Made by a program: the position numbers and the translations under genes
In this document: positions 63,991-64,000 of the stretch, piece after piece
Layout: the number at the start of each line of letters is the position of its first letter
Position numbering within the stretch: position 1 is the first letter of the stretch
IMG/VR virus record: IMGVR_UViG_3300017722_002988
Coordinates: 131,760 to 195,759 of that record
Length of the DNA: 64,000 nucleotides
DNA from: a virus
Taxonomy: Duplodnaviria; Heunggongvirae; Uroviricota; Caudoviricetes
Strand: one strand, 5' to 3'
Notes under the pieces: model-generated
Database searches by the model: none
What the model saw: only the letters and a program-made list of their open reading frames with translations
Told to the model about the DNA's origin: nothing

Positions 63991-64000
63991 CAGGGCTCCC

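Noticed and set aside
1-64000. CRISPR arrays, tRNA genes, introns or inteins in td/nrdA/nrdB, reverse transcriptase or DGR
   Set aside because: No repeat-spacer periodicity and no cloverleaf other than the tmRNA domain; td, nrdA and nrdB are continuous and of normal length; no RT motif seen. This was a by-eye scan only.
1-64000. Stop-codon reassignment as an explanation for missing codons
   Set aside because: Core genes are full length under the standard code and end in TAA, TGA or TAG; CTN and TAY are used normally elsewhere.

Overview
A 64 kb slice of a large T4-like (Tevenvirinae/Kyanoviridae-style) myophage genome. The host is most likely an alphaproteobacterium, judged from the alpha-type two-piece tmRNA and the many leaderless mRNAs. 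Layout: (1) 1-8.2 kb late cluster of His/Lys-rich putative head-cargo proteins with gp21-type cleavage sites, an Ig-domain protein, a holin-like gene and a membrane-anchored PAS protein. (2) 8.3-33.6 kb replication and metabolism core: primase, thyA, nrdAB, glutaredoxin, SpeD-like, glycosyltransferase, RNase H, PhoH, exonuclease, AAA ATPase, Pnk, an OMP, DNA ligase, tmRNA, SleB-like hydrolase, gp33, a homing endonuclease, gp59 and gp32. (3) 33.6-58 kb early accessory region of small ORFs driven by a repeated sigma70-like promoter. (4) 58-64 kb minus-strand tail/head module: gp4, gp2, gp54, gp26, gp51, tape-measure-like. The strongest unexplained signal is the CCA-adding enzyme gene (56528-57634). 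In 368 codons it has no Tyr codon and no CUN Leu codon, keeps only four Leu (all TTG), and systematically replaces Leu with Met and Tyr with Phe. This suggests a tRNA-repair enzyme built to be translated while specific tRNAs are disabled. Other highlights: a circularly permuted tmRNA, a probable -1 frameshift fusing gp26 to gp51, capsid-targeted ART-like and GNAT-like proteins, and an unexplained structured RNA next to the tmRNA. All protein family calls are from motif recognition by eye, not database searches, and all counts are hand counts.
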